A stretch of DNA of 64,000 bases, from the NCBI GenBank assembly GCA_038087875.1, contig CM075989.1:16060001-16124000 (forward strand). The letters are read 5' to 3'. Every line of letters starts with the position of its first letter. The first letter of the stretch is position 1. The DNA comes from Malacoraja senta. Taxonomy: Eukaryota. Made by a program: the position numbers and the translations under genes. The notes under the pieces were generated by a model. It ran no database searches and had not been told where the DNA came from. It saw only the letters and a program-made list of their open reading frames with translations. This document shows, piece by piece, positions 50,933 through 64,000 of this stretch.

Positions 50933-51851
50933 ATATAAATATAATATTTAAGTCGGTCAGAATTCACATCTTCATTTTGATGGATGTTTGAGGCCATTTT
51001 GTTCTCATGAAGAGATTTAAGCTTGCTCTCAAGAGAGTGAGATTTAGCTCTTAGGGCTAAAGGAATCAAGGGATATGGGGGGGAAAAGCAGGAACGGGGT
51101 ACTGATTTTAGATGATCAGCCATGATCATATTGAATGGGCCGAATGGCCTACTCCTGCACCTATTTTTCTATGCTTCTATGTTTTCACAAGCCAGCCCTA
51201 GAATGAGCACTTAGGAGTAGCAGTTTGTTCCATCTTTGTTCTGATGGAAGACCCAGCAGGATCAATCCCGCCTTTACACAGAGTCTCAGCTTCTGTAGGC
51301 CATTTACATACCAGTGCGGAAAGCAGTCACGGAGAAGCTGGTGGGGATCTCATTGGGAAGCAGAATGAAAAGCATTGAACAAAAATAATAAAAATTAACA
51401 ACAAATTCAACAGTTGCTCTAATAAGTGCATATAAATGTATAGCAGACTTGCTTAACGAGCGCTTCAAAAGAGCTCAAGCTTATATTCTAAACAAATATG
51501 TTAAATGACTGAAGTATAGGATTATAAATTCCAACTCCAAATAGATTTGGTCTCAACAAAAAATTAATTCACTTCACCTATAGCACATAACCGTCTATCA
51601 AGTTGGTGGAAGGGGATTTGTTCGTCTTTTGTTATAGGTTAAATAATTAATAAGTGCAGGAAAATTAGAGATTTATCTTGGTCTAGCAATTATTGGTGCA
51701 GATAATCTTTCAGTTAGGGCTGACGCCCTGTTAAATGGAAATATCAATGCAAGGCTGGTTTCAATTCGCTCTGCTTTAAATGCAAAATTTTGAAAACCAT
51801 TCATCTAAACAAATCTACTCTTGCACAACTATTAAAACTTGCTTTACTCAC

Positions 51852-51978
51852 CTGGAAGTGGTTTGGGAGGAGGCAGCTTTGGATTACTGCTCGGAGTATG
51901 CACACTACAGATTTTAATAAATCCTGCCATCAGCATAATGAGAGCAATTCCCATGAGCAGTACTGCCCACCAATGAGC
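51852..51978 (-). CDS. ADAM10: ADAM10 exon 15 (transmembrane helix and proline-rich tail)
   Basis: ttctag|[42 protein letters not shown]|gtgagt; 127 bp. Confidence 0.97.
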
Positions 51979-53388
51979 CTAGAATTAAAACAAAAAAATC
52001 TGAATTTCTCCACCACCAAAATCATTAAGCAGGGTGAAATTATTTTATTAACTAAAAGATGAGGGATCACATTACATTTTACAGATGGAAACAACAGAAT
52101 GGAGAAAATTACAGGCTCATGACAATAAAGCTGTACAAAATATGACCAAGATTGAAAACGTGAATGATATAAAATGCTCCAGAACTTTAATGATTTGGTC
52201 TACACCACCACTCATCCCCTCCCCAGCTCCTGTAACAGTGTAAGGCTTTTCCAAGTACAGTCGTTGGATTTGTTTCCTCTCAGCTTGACACCAGAAATGA
52301 AAGTGTTGAACACTCCACCATTTCCATGCCTAGATTATGCTCAGTTTCATGTAATTTTTACTTGCAGTTGAGCACTGTTACCCAGAACTCATGGATTTTA
52401 AGGATGTTTCTAGAGCTGCAGATCATTGGGCCAAAGGGCAAGTTCATTTAAAGATTTATTTTAAACTGAAGCTTAATTATCACATTTTATTATTCCTAGA
52501 TTAATGATTTAATTATTATTTTAGAAGCATATGTTTAATGAAAATGCACATTTTGAGAAATAATTCCAGTGTTTTAGCCGATTTTCAAAGCTTGCATGAT
52601 TGGAACAGGAAAAATGCAAGTTGTGTGGGGACTAACATATTATTATGAGCGGTTACAGACATAGGGAGCAGCATTTAAAAACAAATTACTATTTTATAAT
52701 TGAGTCATTGATCCCAGAGCTTATGCAAGTCACCAGTGGCAGAAAACAAACATTTAGCAATCAAGTGAAGATTTTGAAATAGAGGCAGATGGTAGAATAT
52801 ATGCAAAATGAGTCTGAGTCACTACTTTCAGCACATTACAAAACAAGCCAGAGATCAGCTGCCCAATGTTCTAGGTTTATATTAATGAGGACAAAAGGGT
52901 AAGCAAGAACCAATGGCAAAATATCTGACTAGATATAATTTCTTTTCCCTTCATTTAGTTTCTTTATGAGTACATACAAAGTTATTCTTCAGTCCTTATC
53001 TTAAAATGATCTTTAGTTTAGTTTGGTTGATCTTTCCTCCAGCATTAAAATGGAATTAAATCTGTCATCATTTAGATAATCACAAAAAGCTGGAGCAACT
53101 CAGCGGGACAGGCAGCATCTCTGGAGGGAAGGAATGGGTGACGTTTCGGGTCGAGAACCTTTTTTAGACTGAAAGTCACGGGAAAGGGAAACGAGAGATA
53201 TAGAAGATTTAGATAATCCAGGAGTTGTACCCTTTCCTCAGAAATCACTGCACTTTTTCCCTTCAACAGGAAGAGCCATCTATTCTACTGTAGGTTCAAC
53301 CAAACAGGAGGAAAGCTCACCTAAGTGCATTGTTCATCATGTTGCAATATACCATATATATTTGGTATATATGGAAACGAAACACTAA

Positions 53389-53695
53389 TGGGCCTGTCCC
53401 ACTTACGCGACTTTTTCAGCGACTGCCGGTACCCGTCATAGGTATCCAGCGGTGACCAGAACAAGGTACAACTCTTTGGGCGACTACTCACGACCATACA
53501 GGCGACACCCCCCGCGACGTGTCGCCAGGGTGTCGCCTGTATGGTCGTGAGTCGTCTCCTCAGTCGCCCAAAGAGTCGTAGCGTCTTTCTGGTCGCCGCT
53601 GGATTTTCAACATGTTGAAAATTTTCGGCGACCTGGAACGACATATGACGGCTGCTGGCAGTCGCCGAAAAGGTCGCGCAAGTGGGACAGGCCCA
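53389..53695. mobile_element. Harbinger-like fold-back MITE
   Basis: About 50-bp imperfect TIRs starting TGGGCCTGTCCCACTT, flanked by TAA and TTA; internal inverted repeats. Confidence 0.85.
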
Positions 53696-53907
53696 TTACA
53701 TTTCTTAAACTGGAACATGTAAAAAAAGCTAGGTTATCTTTAACCAATATTTTTTTTAAAAATCCCAATAATGTGATAGCTAATAATTTATGGACAGAAA
53801 CATGCAGTTTTCTTTAATGTGAAGATCAATTCAGAGATATCATTGAGCCACAAAGTACAGTTGCCAACTGTATTTCCTTGCTACAAAAGAAGCCAAATTG
53901 TACTCAC

Positions 53908-54128
53908 CACAATCCATTCAGCGATATTTTCATAAAGCTCTGGATTAAAGATTGCTTTCTTTAGTCTGGCCAATGGACCATCTGCATCCACAAGTCTACA
54001 TCTATTAAAGACATCACAGTAGCCTTTGAAATCATTACAGGGTGAACCAGGCTGTAGCGAGATGGTGGTGTAATTAAAGTGTTTCTGCCATATCGGCGAT
54101 CCAGTGCTTGCGCATGTTGATGGAGTGT
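53908..54128 (-). CDS. ADAM10: ADAM10 exon 14
   Basis: ttttgcag|[73 protein letters not shown]|gtgagt; 221 bp. Confidence 0.97.
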
Positions 54129-54359
54129 CTGCAAAAAGGACATTAGGGTGAAACATGGCAAGATATCTGAAACCATTCAAGCAGACATTCTACTTCTACC
54201 GTGTTGACCAATTACAGCATTTTGTACTCCCCTCCACAGGTCATGGTATGAACATTGAAGTCTCCAATTTTAGGTAATGCCACCCCTACATCCCCTTTCC
54301 CTTTCACCCGCCACCACCCATGTACAGACACTTTTCTCCCACCCCACAACACCCCAGTC

Positions 54360-54856
54360 ACCCAGGAAGGATGTGCTGGCTTTGGAGAGGGTCCATAGGA
54401 GGTTTACGAGAATGATCCCGCGGATGATTGGGTTAACGTACGAGGAACATTTGAAGGCTCCGAGCCTGTTTAGAAGGATGAGGAGGTTTCTTATTGAAAC
54501 CTTCCGGAAAATGAGTGGAGGTGGAAAGGATGTTCCCAGTAATGGGAGAGATTAGAACCAGAGGGCATAGCCACAGAATATAGGACAAACCTACAAAATG
54601 GATATGAGTAGGAATTTCTTTAGGCGGAGGATGGTGAATCTGTGGAATTCATTGCCAAAGATGACTGTGGAGGCCAAGACATTGGTATTTTTAAGGCGGA
54701 GATTCATAGGTTCTCGATTAAGAGGGGCCTTAAAGATGACAGGGAGAAAGCAGGAGAATGAGGTTGAGAGGGAATAATGGATCAGGCATGAGTGAATGGT
54801 GGAGTAGACGGGATGGGCCGAATGGCCTAATTCAGCTCATATGTCTTATGGTCCTA
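54360..54856 (+). mobile_element. CR1 LINE 3' fragment
   Basis: RKDVLALERVHRRFTRMIP. Confidence 0.88.
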
Positions 54857-55148
54857 TACTGTAGGTTTGCAACTCATACCACTGCCAACATGTCCTTTCA
54901 CACACTTCACACGAGTTTCTTCTCTAGTGCGACAGCCTTGGTGGAGTAAAGGGCTCTCCGGGCTAGGAGGTTACACAGACCTTGCTTGTACACAAGTCTG
55001 CAGCCAAAGGCCAACATCATCTTTATGGTTGCATTCCACATCACTACCACGGAGGATGGGAGGAAACTGGAACACCCGAGGAAAAACCAAAAGGGTTACA
55101 GGGAGAACGTGAAAATTTCTGCTGGAATCAATACCACACAGCACTTAC

Positions 55149-55251
55149 GCTTCTCCATACAGCAAACATGGCACAACTCCGAGTCATCGTCCTTGCTCGC
55201 ACACGTACACTCCATAAGCTTATACTTCTCACAGATTGATCCAGCGCATTG
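55149..55251 (-). CDS. ADAM10: ADAM10 exon 13 (Cys-rich)
   Basis: ccccacaag|[34 protein letters not shown]|gtaagt; 103 bp. Confidence 0.95.
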
Positions 55252-55885
55252 CTTGTGGGGAAAAAACATATTATACCTTCAGTGTGTTGAAATCTATGAC
55301 TACAATAACAATTCTGAAAAAGGCAAATGGATCGAACCAGTGAAAAATAATTATTTGATTTAATATGCATTCTTTAAATTTTGGAATAGGAAGCAACTAC
55401 AGAAGCAAATACAAAAAAGACATTTTATTACAACTGACCAATGTACATTTATGGATCACATCATTTGAAAAAGATGTGTTTTAGTTTTTGATATTAATCA
55501 GATATTTTTAAAAAGTGGTCGAGCAGTTTATTCCAAATAACACATGAACCAGGTAAGAAAATTTAGTTCATGATCTGAAGTAAAAGTACTCAAGAGTAGC
55601 ATTTAGATATGGACATCAAGTGCCTGAAAATATTCAAATACACAAGTCATTTTGGATTCATTTAAGTTGCAAGTAGCTTAGAACACATGAGCAAATAATC
55701 ATCATTCTGATTATGATTGAGTTTTTGTTTGTTTATACATACATATTTCTATATACACAAAACAAGATCATCTTTCTATTTGCTTTCCGTGTCTAAATTA
55801 AATACTATAAAACAATAGTCTGAGCTCCACCTGCTCTCAGACAAGGTGAGATTAAGGTTTTGTTTCCACAAGTGCAGACACTTAC

Positions 55886-56069
55886 CCCATTGATGCATAC
55901 TTGAGTTTTCATGTTACAGAGAGTAAAGTTGTCTTTGGGATCAGATGTTGGACATAAAGCAATTCCACCATTACATTTCCCTTCCTTTGCACAATCTGAC
56001 TCATTACGGCATTTATCATGAGCAGATTTGAAAATGCACGTTTTGGTACAGCATGGTCCTTGACTTGGG
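55886..56069 (-). CDS. ADAM10: ADAM10 exon 12 (disintegrin/Cys-rich)
   Basis: tttcag|[61 protein letters not shown]|gtaag; 184 bp. Confidence 0.97.
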
Positions 56070-57003
56070 CTGAAACAAAAAGGTTAGCAACAAAATTAAT
56101 ACTTGAACCTCATTTTTATTAACATCACCTTATGCATTATATGCAAGTATTAATGAATCTCATAATTCTCATTGTTGCATGAGTCCTTACTTGTTTTGTG
56201 CCTCTCAAGAAAACTAATTGAACTCAAAACATTCATTGAATCATTGCAGCACAGGTGGCGGCCACTGGACTCTACCAGTCTGTCTGTGTTAGCTCTACAA
56301 AGAGCAATCCAGTCAGTCCCATTCCCCGTGCTCAGTCCCACAACACTACAATTTGGATATTTATCCAATTTCCTTTTTGGAAGCCACAATCTAATCTACA
56401 TCCTCCAATATTTCCAAATCATAACTATTCGTTGAGTTTAAAAATCAATCCTGGATATTTTGCCTGATGCGGTCGACTTGTAACTTCTGACCCTTGATTC
56501 TCCGCTAATGGGATTAGCTTTTATTTATCCAATTAAAAATGTCATAAACCCAAATTTGTTAATATTTCAAAACAAGAGTATATAGATACTCTCACTGTAG
56601 GATTTAAAATTAATTCCACCAGAATATTTGAAGTTAGGACCAATACTGAAAAAGCACTTTTCTAATTAACATCATGTCAAACCTCTTCTGAATTAATAGG
56701 ATCCAACATTGGAAGTCACACGCCATTAAGACGAGTTACTTGGGCTATTTCAGTCATACCCTCGTCACATCCCTATATTATGTAAAGATAAAAATTTGTC
56801 ACCGAAACACTAACTCCCATTACTAAAATTTTCCACATGCGGATTTGGTTCTTTGACTGACATGTAAATGTAGAATCTACAACAGATTATGCTCCGCAAC
56901 CATCCATAAAACAGGATTATTGTCCCGGTTTTCAATGCCGTCTTGACTGGGGAAAAAGTAAAAGTAGCTTAACACACTCACACAGTCACTAGCACTTGCT
57001 CAC

Positions 57004-57154
57004 CTGCACATTTTCATTGGCTTAAGCTTACATTTCTTGTCATCTCCTTCGTTCGCATTGTAGCAGCAATCGTCGTTGCATTGGTCACTGTAACCGCAAT
57101 CACACTGCTCCCCATCTTCCACTAAACCATTGCCACAGATTGGTTTCCCAGATT
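57004..57154 (-). CDS. ADAM10: ADAM10 exon 11 (disintegrin domain)
   Basis: ttttaag|[49 protein letters not shown]|gtgag; 151 bp. Confidence 0.97.
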
Positions 57155-57497
57155 CTTAAAAAAATTAAATTAATTTCCTCCATTAGTGTCATTATTCAGT
57201 GCTTGAATGCGAAGTTTGAACAATCGGGATGCTGAATTTAATTTCTATTTATTAAACCACAAATGAACAGAGGAACCTGTACTCTGTCACCCATTGTCGC
57301 ACATGAAAATGCCAATGTTAATTAATTATAGGCTAAATTGCAAAAGCTCAAATGGAACATTAAATAAAACCTTTAGTTAGCTTCTTACAAACTGATCTGA
57401 AGCTAATTAATGCCTCGTTTTGTGCTACAGAATTACAGTAGTAAATGCCTTCAAGTATAATATTCTAATTTTATAACGCTGTTGTTTTTATACTTAC

Positions 57498-57681
57498 CAA
57501 CAAAACAGACATTTTTCTTCTTGTCAAGGACCTGGCTGATGTTTTTAATACTACAGATAGAGAATTTATTGTTGTTCTGCTTATCACCAGATGTAGCTCG
57601 TGCATACATGATATAATTGCCTCTCTCTTTCTGCTCCCCAGACTTAGATTCTCCTGGGGTACACTCACTGCCAGAGTCATG
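57498..57681 (-). CDS. ADAM10: ADAM10 exon 10 (Met-turn)
   Basis: ttcccag|[61 protein letters not shown]|gtaagt; 184 bp. Confidence 0.97.
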
Positions 57682-58256
57682 CTGGGAAAATAAATAGAAT
57701 AGAATGCTGAATATTATTCACAGCTTGTAAAGTAATCACAAGTGTTGGTCTTCGTGTCACGAGGTACCCATGCACACTATGATAAATGTAACACATGGTC
57801 AAGCTCCAATAGAAACCCATTGAGTACTGCGATGCATAACCCCAGGAGAAATTGAGTTTAAAAGCTCTCGCGCATTTTCTCCTCAAGTATTTTTCCTAAT
57901 AGTTTAACTTCGCAATGCTATGGAACAAACAACTAGTAAATAATTTGCATTCGAGCTCTCAAATGGTCTCTCCTCCAGCTGCATTGCCATCATAGAATCA
58001 CTCCTTGAATGTCTGTGAAAATCCTTCAACAGCTCTTCTGATGGATGCAGAGGTTCATGCCAAACATTTGCAGATTCATGCTCACTGACACAGTAGAATG
58101 CTTAGGATGTGGTGTCTTTCATATGGATGTAGAAGTAATCACAACTTCATCCTGGGAGAGGGGTGTAACTTCTTACCATGACCTGGCAAATATCTCCCTC
58201 TCAACTGGTCAGCAAACCCCTAATTATTGGCAGAACCCGCTGCAGGTGTACTTAAG

Positions 58257-58548
58257 GGGCGGCACAGTGGTGCAGCTGTAGAGTTGTTGCCTTACAGCGC
58301 CAGAGACGAGGTTCGATCCTGATTATTGGCGCTGTCTGTACAGAGCTTGTATGTTCTCCCTGAACCTGCCTGGGTTTTCTCCAGGTGCTCCGGTTTCCTC
58401 CCACGTTCCAAAGACGTGTGGGTTTGTAGGTTAGTTGGCTTCTGTAAAAAAATTGTCCCTCGTGTGTTGGACAGATCTAGGTATCGCTTGTCAGCATGGA
58501 CTCGGCGGACCGAAGGGCCTGTTTCCATGCTGTGTTTCCAAACCAAAC
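58257..58548 (+). mobile_element. HE1/V-SINE-like SINE
   Basis: A-box and GGTTCGATCC B-box. Confidence 0.85.
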
Positions 58549-59257
58549 CTGCTGCTCATCAATTACAGCATCGAATACAGGATTAGCATAGAGGAACCTG
58601 GATGACTGACTCACAAATAAAGAATGACTGTATGACTGACCTGGCCAGTTAAATTCCTCGTATGTTGCAAAACATATTTGGCAAATAAAAAAATCTGATT
58701 CTGAATAATTCTATTCCCATCACAGCAGCCAGGAAGCAACTGGATTGTCATAAAAAGTAATCAGGTTTACAAATATCTTTCGGGGATTTTCAGCCTAGCC
58801 TTCAGACCCACTAAATGCAGCTGATTCTTAACTATTGCACCCAAAGATCCTTGGCACTTATGTATGGACAATTAATTTCTGCTGGGCCTGTGATGGTCAT
58901 CTCTCATGGCTGAATACACACAAATGCTATGCAATAACACAAAAGTTGCTGAATACATTTGCAAGTTATTCTACCAGCTTCAATTCAACTTCGCTTAAAA
59001 ATATGTGACTCGCCACCTTTCTAAGACTGCTCTCGGAAAATAAAAAATAATACACTAAACAGCATTTGAAAAGGGAGAACCTGCTGAACTAAACCTTGTT
59101 TCTTCTTGAAAAGATTTCCTAATAAACAAGTTGGCCTCAATAACAATACTTGTCCACACACGCACATTATATCCATTCAGATATTTGAAGCATTCCATCT
59201 TTTGAAGGATTTTCTTCAACTTTCAACTTCCGTTAACAAATCAAACTTTTCCAGCAG

Positions 59258-59590
59258 CCACAGGATATTTCCACTAGTGGGAGAGTCTAGGACCAGAGGT
59301 CATAGCTACAGAATTAAAGGACGTCCCTTTACAGAGGAGATGAGGAGGAATTTCTTTAGTCAGAGGGTGGTGAATCTGTGGAATTCATTGCTACAGAAAG
59401 GCTGTGGAGGCCAAGTCAATGGATATTTTTAAGGCAGAGATATATAGATTCTTGATTAGTACGGGTGCCAGGGGTTATGGGAGAAGGCAGGAGAATGGAG
59501 TTCAGGGGGAAATATATATGAGCCATGATTGAATGGCTGAGTAGACTTGATTGGCCAAATGGCCTAATTCTGCTCCTATCACTTATGAAC
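59258..59590 (+). mobile_element. CR1 LINE 3' fragment
   Basis: IFPLVGESRTRGH...FFSQRVVNLWNSL. Confidence 0.88.
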
Positions 59591-59904
59591 ATGATTAATT
59601 TTCTCCCTATTCTACCTCTAAACCACATCTTTTTAATCTTTACAACGACATGCATATACCTAATCAGCATGTTTGATACCTCAGTGGAATGCAAAACGAG
59701 ATACAATCACTCCTTACTGCCTCCAAGGGAAAGGAGTTCAAACTCCTTGCTGATTTATAAAACAAAATACAGACAACAAAAGCATCATAAGGCCCTCTCC
59801 TACATAGAAGCCTACACCCAAGTGATGGCACTGGATCTTCACATGTACTTTGGCATGGTGTGGCGGGAGCTCCTCTGCCGAGATTCTTCCTCTTTAGTCT
59901 TTAC

Positions 59905-60192
59905 TTTGGAGATAAAACATGGAAACAGGCCCTTTGGCCCACTAAGTCTGCGCCGACCAGCAATCACCCCATAAACCAGCATTTTCTTACACACTAGGGA
60001 CAATTCACATAAGCTAACTAACCTACAAATCTGTATATCTTTGCAGTGTGGGAGGAAACCGGAGCACCCGGAAAAAAGCCCACAAGGTCACAGGGAGAGC
60101 ATACAATCTCCACACAGACAGCATCCGTAATCAGGATTGAACCCAGGTCCCTAGCGCTGCGAAGTGGGAATTCTACAACTGCACCACTCTGT
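59905..60192 (-). mobile_element. HE1/V-SINE-like SINE
   Basis: Family match. Confidence 0.8.
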
Positions 60193-61430
60193 GGTATTTT
60201 CCCACATTTATCCAAGTGATCTCTGCAAATGACCGGCCTCTCAACATCCATGGAAAAAACTCATACCGATGACCAACAGCTATTGCCCTTTACTTTTAGA
60301 GTCATGGCATTACTTTGACTGAGGAAAGCAAGACTGGAAGTATTTGCTGCAATCATATTTGCAAGACCGAGCTCTGCCTTGTTCCCACTCCACATAATTG
60401 GGGATGGCGTGGATATTTGATCTGGTTTCCCAGGAACCCCAGGCAGAAGTCTACCTAACAGAGAGGATCTCAGGAGGACCGGACAATTTTTACTAACTCT
60501 CCAGGAATACATGGTTGACCACGCAAGCGTGCGGATATACTACTGAATGTACTCTACACCAGCTTCAAAAATCGCCATTACTGTTGGTATCAGTATCGGT
60601 TTATCTTAGTAAGCATACTTGTCACACAGTCGCAACCAGTACAACTAGCTTATTTCACAGCATCAAATGGACAAACAAAACACAGGATGCATGCTTTGTA
60701 TACTGCAGTCACATGTACAAGCCATTTTATTTTAAAATTTGGAGTAACCATGCACCTTCTGCAGCAAAGGTTATGTGCATAACCGATCACGGGATGCTTT
60801 CTTCCAGAACTGCCTGACCCACTTGTTACTTTTTTTTAAACAAGCCACTCACCTTCATTTACCCTTTGCCATTCAAATTCAAAACGTTTCTGTACCTTCA
60901 GTACAGGTCAGTTAGGTGCTGCCCCTTAATGCACTGATGAGTCCAGGGACTGAGCTAGAGAACACATGCCCTGGCATCGAACCTCCAGCCCTTCCCACAT
61001 TTCAGTACCACAATGTGTGGAAATGGGAGTATGGAATATGCTGACCCTCAGAGAGCACTTTGCTGCGGGTTTGAGAGTGGGTTTCAGGCCCAGGTCATCA
61101 ACGTTAATCATAAATTTCTCTCCATGTAAACTATCCAGGCTGCAATGTATTGCCATGCATTTTTGTTTTTAGTCCTTATTACTAGTTTGATCTTGTTGTA
61201 CTAGATGCACTATAATAGCGCATATATTCTTTATAAATTAAAATGCTAAGTAATATAAACGCAGAGTTTGCATCAATTTTCATAACTTCAACACAAATTC
61301 AATAACATAATTTATGAATTCATTTCCAAAGGTAATACACATTTGAAGTTGAAAATCCTATGGGAAATAAACCGCAGCAACATTTTAGGAATCATTTAGT
61401 AAGTACATTTATGTTAGATATAATACTTAC

Positions 61431-61594
61431 AGGAGAACCAAAGTTGTGGCCTATTTCATGAGCAAAGGTTATGTGGGAGACTTTGGGAGGGACATGAGAA
61501 CCATAGTTTTGGACAGTGATGATTCCAGTGTTGAGTGACTTCTTCTTGCCATCAGAATAAAGCTTATTTTTCTCACAAATCCCCCCAGAGTTTC
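61431..61594 (-). CDS. ADAM10: ADAM10 exon 9 (zinc-binding motif)
   Basis: aatag|[54 protein letters not shown]|gtaagt; HExGHxxGxxH is completed by the next exon; 164 bp. Confidence 0.97.
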
Positions 61595-61710
61595 CTATTT
61601 GGTGGAAACAGAATACAAATATTGGTTAAATGGGCAATATTAAAAAATACAGTTCATTTCTGAAGCTGAAAATTCCATTAAGTACAAGCACCCAACAATT
61701 TTCAGATTGC

Positions 61711-61919
61711 CATAGGAAAGAACTGTAGATGCTGGTATATACCGAAGATAGACACAAAATGCTGGAGTGACTCAGGGGGTCAGGCAGCATCTCAGGAGAA
61801 AAGGAATAGGCGACGTTTTGGGACGGAACCCTTCTTCAGGCCCTTCCGATCTGAAATGTCACCTATACATTTTCTCCAGAGATGCTGCCTGACGCGCAGT
61901 TACTTCAGCATTTTTGTCG
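61711..61919. mobile_element. Penelope-derived fold-back module
   Basis: Inverted arms; TSD AATTTTCAG(A/G)TTGC at 61697 and 61920. Confidence 0.75.
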
Positions 61920-64000
61920 AATTTTCAGGTTGCTATTGTTCAGATGACAGAAACAAGTATACCTACTGTACAAGGATGGGAACACTACAATTTGAAGGGA
62001 TATATATCCATTAAAAAAGTGCATGTATTCTGAGCAAGAATCTAATTACCTTGCAAGACTTTTTTTTAAACTATTTCCAGATACTCTTATTAACCAATGT
62101 TGAAAGGAAACGGGTTGTACCTTTAAAATGCACATTTATATTTACCCTCTCATTTAAAATCCCATTCCTTCAGGAAAGTAATTGTTTCTAAATGTAAATT
62201 ATTAAACAATAAAATGTATCAGAGGTATTACAGCCCGGGCAGAAGTTCAAAGAGTTGTCATATTTTGTTGCATACTTTTCCCTTATGTGTAATGCGCATG
62301 GCTCATTTTAATGCGGCTATAAACATTCAGCTTTTACATAAAATGTTCATTTCACTACCACAAGTTTTATAAAACTTCAGTTCAATTGTCCAATTTCCAC
62401 AGGTGGCCTTCCTCTTGGGTTCTTTTACGTTTCAGTAGCTTAGGTTTTCTCAGCTACATTTTCCAGGGCACTGTTTTGTTTCCTTGGTGGCTCTATTTCT
62501 TGCCAAGGTTATTCACTGCAATGGGGACCAACGTTTTAAACTGTACTCTATCTGGGCTGGCTACTGACGACATTGATTCTCTTTGGCTCATTAATAATGT
62601 GTTAAGCTCCTCTCCACAAATGTTATTAAAAAAAACCCAACTGTTTCCTAGCAGGATTTAACAGCATTTACCTTCTGGGAAAAAATTGACTGGTTTCACT
62701 GTGAGAAGTGCACAACACAGTTGAGCATTAAATACAAGTATTTTGTATTTACTAGGTATTAAAACAAGACCAAACTTGAGAACAGGCTGTTTAGGAAGAA
62801 AGAGGCCCTAATCCACCAAGCTCAACATCCATTAATTAAGCTCACTGCCTGCCTTTGTGAAATCAATTTGTATACTTCACTACAAAACCTTTACTCCCTT
62901 TGCATACGGTATCTAGTTCATCGTACTCCAGCATATTTAGACGTGTAAAAAAAGGTAGCTGTAACATGCTTTGTGTATTGTTCTTTGCTATTTTAAGTAT
63001 CATGCAAACTAATAATTTAGAACCGAGGGCAGAGTGATCATCAAGTAGGGTGACGTGCGCTATTCCACATCACATGCCCAATGCTGTGATAAGAGAAGCC
63101 TCTTAATTTTTGAGGTCACTGAAGTAATGCAAATTACTTCACAGATCAGTTTAAGAGCATCAGTACCGGGAAGGGCTTAGAAGACAGTGAAATTTCGCAT
63201 TACTGTTTTGACTAAAAAAAAAAGTGTGAATGAGGAAGTCCTTTACACCATTTCCTCCTTTAGACCATGATGTGGAACGAAGGACCTCTTCCTGTGCTGT
63301 ACTCTTCTACGTTCTTCCTCGATCCCTCCCCAAACCCCCTCCTGACTATCCAATTTGATTCCCATGGTGCAGCACAAAAAGGTACTGCCGTCCTTAGCCA
63401 AGGCACTTTGCACTCTAAATTTGGCTGCTGCAGGCATTTGTCTACTGGGCATGGCCCTGACGTTATCAACGTGGTTTATAAACTAAACACTTCAAACTCG
63501 CGTCAATAAATCAAAAGAGATAAAGCACCCAGAAATGTAAACAAACAGCGGGCTACAAAGTTCCATATTTTAACACAAAGTTATTCTAAAGAGGTGCCTC
63601 GAGGTTTACTGATGCAGTTGAGAACTTTTGATTACAGCCTTTGAATCCCCTGTAAATTTTACAATACACATTCCTTTTATTCATTTAGCTCAAAGGATTT
63701 CCTTTGCCTGCTGTGTGTCCGTTTTCCAATCTTGTTAAATGCACAAAACAAATGGAACAATTTCGGATCATATATTTCACAGTGAGCAACAGTCAGAAGC
63801 ACAAGTCCATTACTTCATTAAATCTTTGAAAGTGTTCGCTCGATGCATTGCCACAATGCATTTAATTGATATATAAAGTTAAAGGGCCTAAAAGAGAATA
63901 GTGGCGATAACTTTGGGGCAATGTGCAATAAGCAAATGACACCCGCAGCAGCCAAATTCAGAGTACAAAGTGCCTTGTTTAACGGAGTAAGGAAGGCCTT

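Noticed and set aside
61595..64000. ADAM10 exon 8
   Set aside because: No GVLGLAWVG-like coding sequence found; presumably beyond the window

Overview
Vertebrate genomic DNA, by its repeat content a cartilaginous fish (probably a skate or ray; inference). It holds two convergent protein-coding genes. Hepatic lipase LIPC is on + (8 coding exons equivalent to human exons 2-9, 18298-44092; exon 1 not found and probably upstream). The 3' half of ADAM10 is on - (8 exons equivalent to human exons 9-16, 61594-49032; earlier exons lie beyond the right edge). All exons have GT-AG boundaries and join in frame, and catalytic residues are intact. Introns are dense in CR1/HER1-type LINE fragments, tRNA-derived HE1/V-SINE-like SINEs, Rex/Babar remnants, one Tx1-like insertion and PIF/Harbinger-like MITEs. 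There are also more than 20 Penelope-derived modules, many carrying a minimal hammerhead-ribozyme core and many flanked by 10-15 bp target-site duplications. One 200-N gap is present. There are no prokaryotic features. Exon numbering and human comparisons come from recalled knowledge, not a search, and repeat boundaries are approximate.
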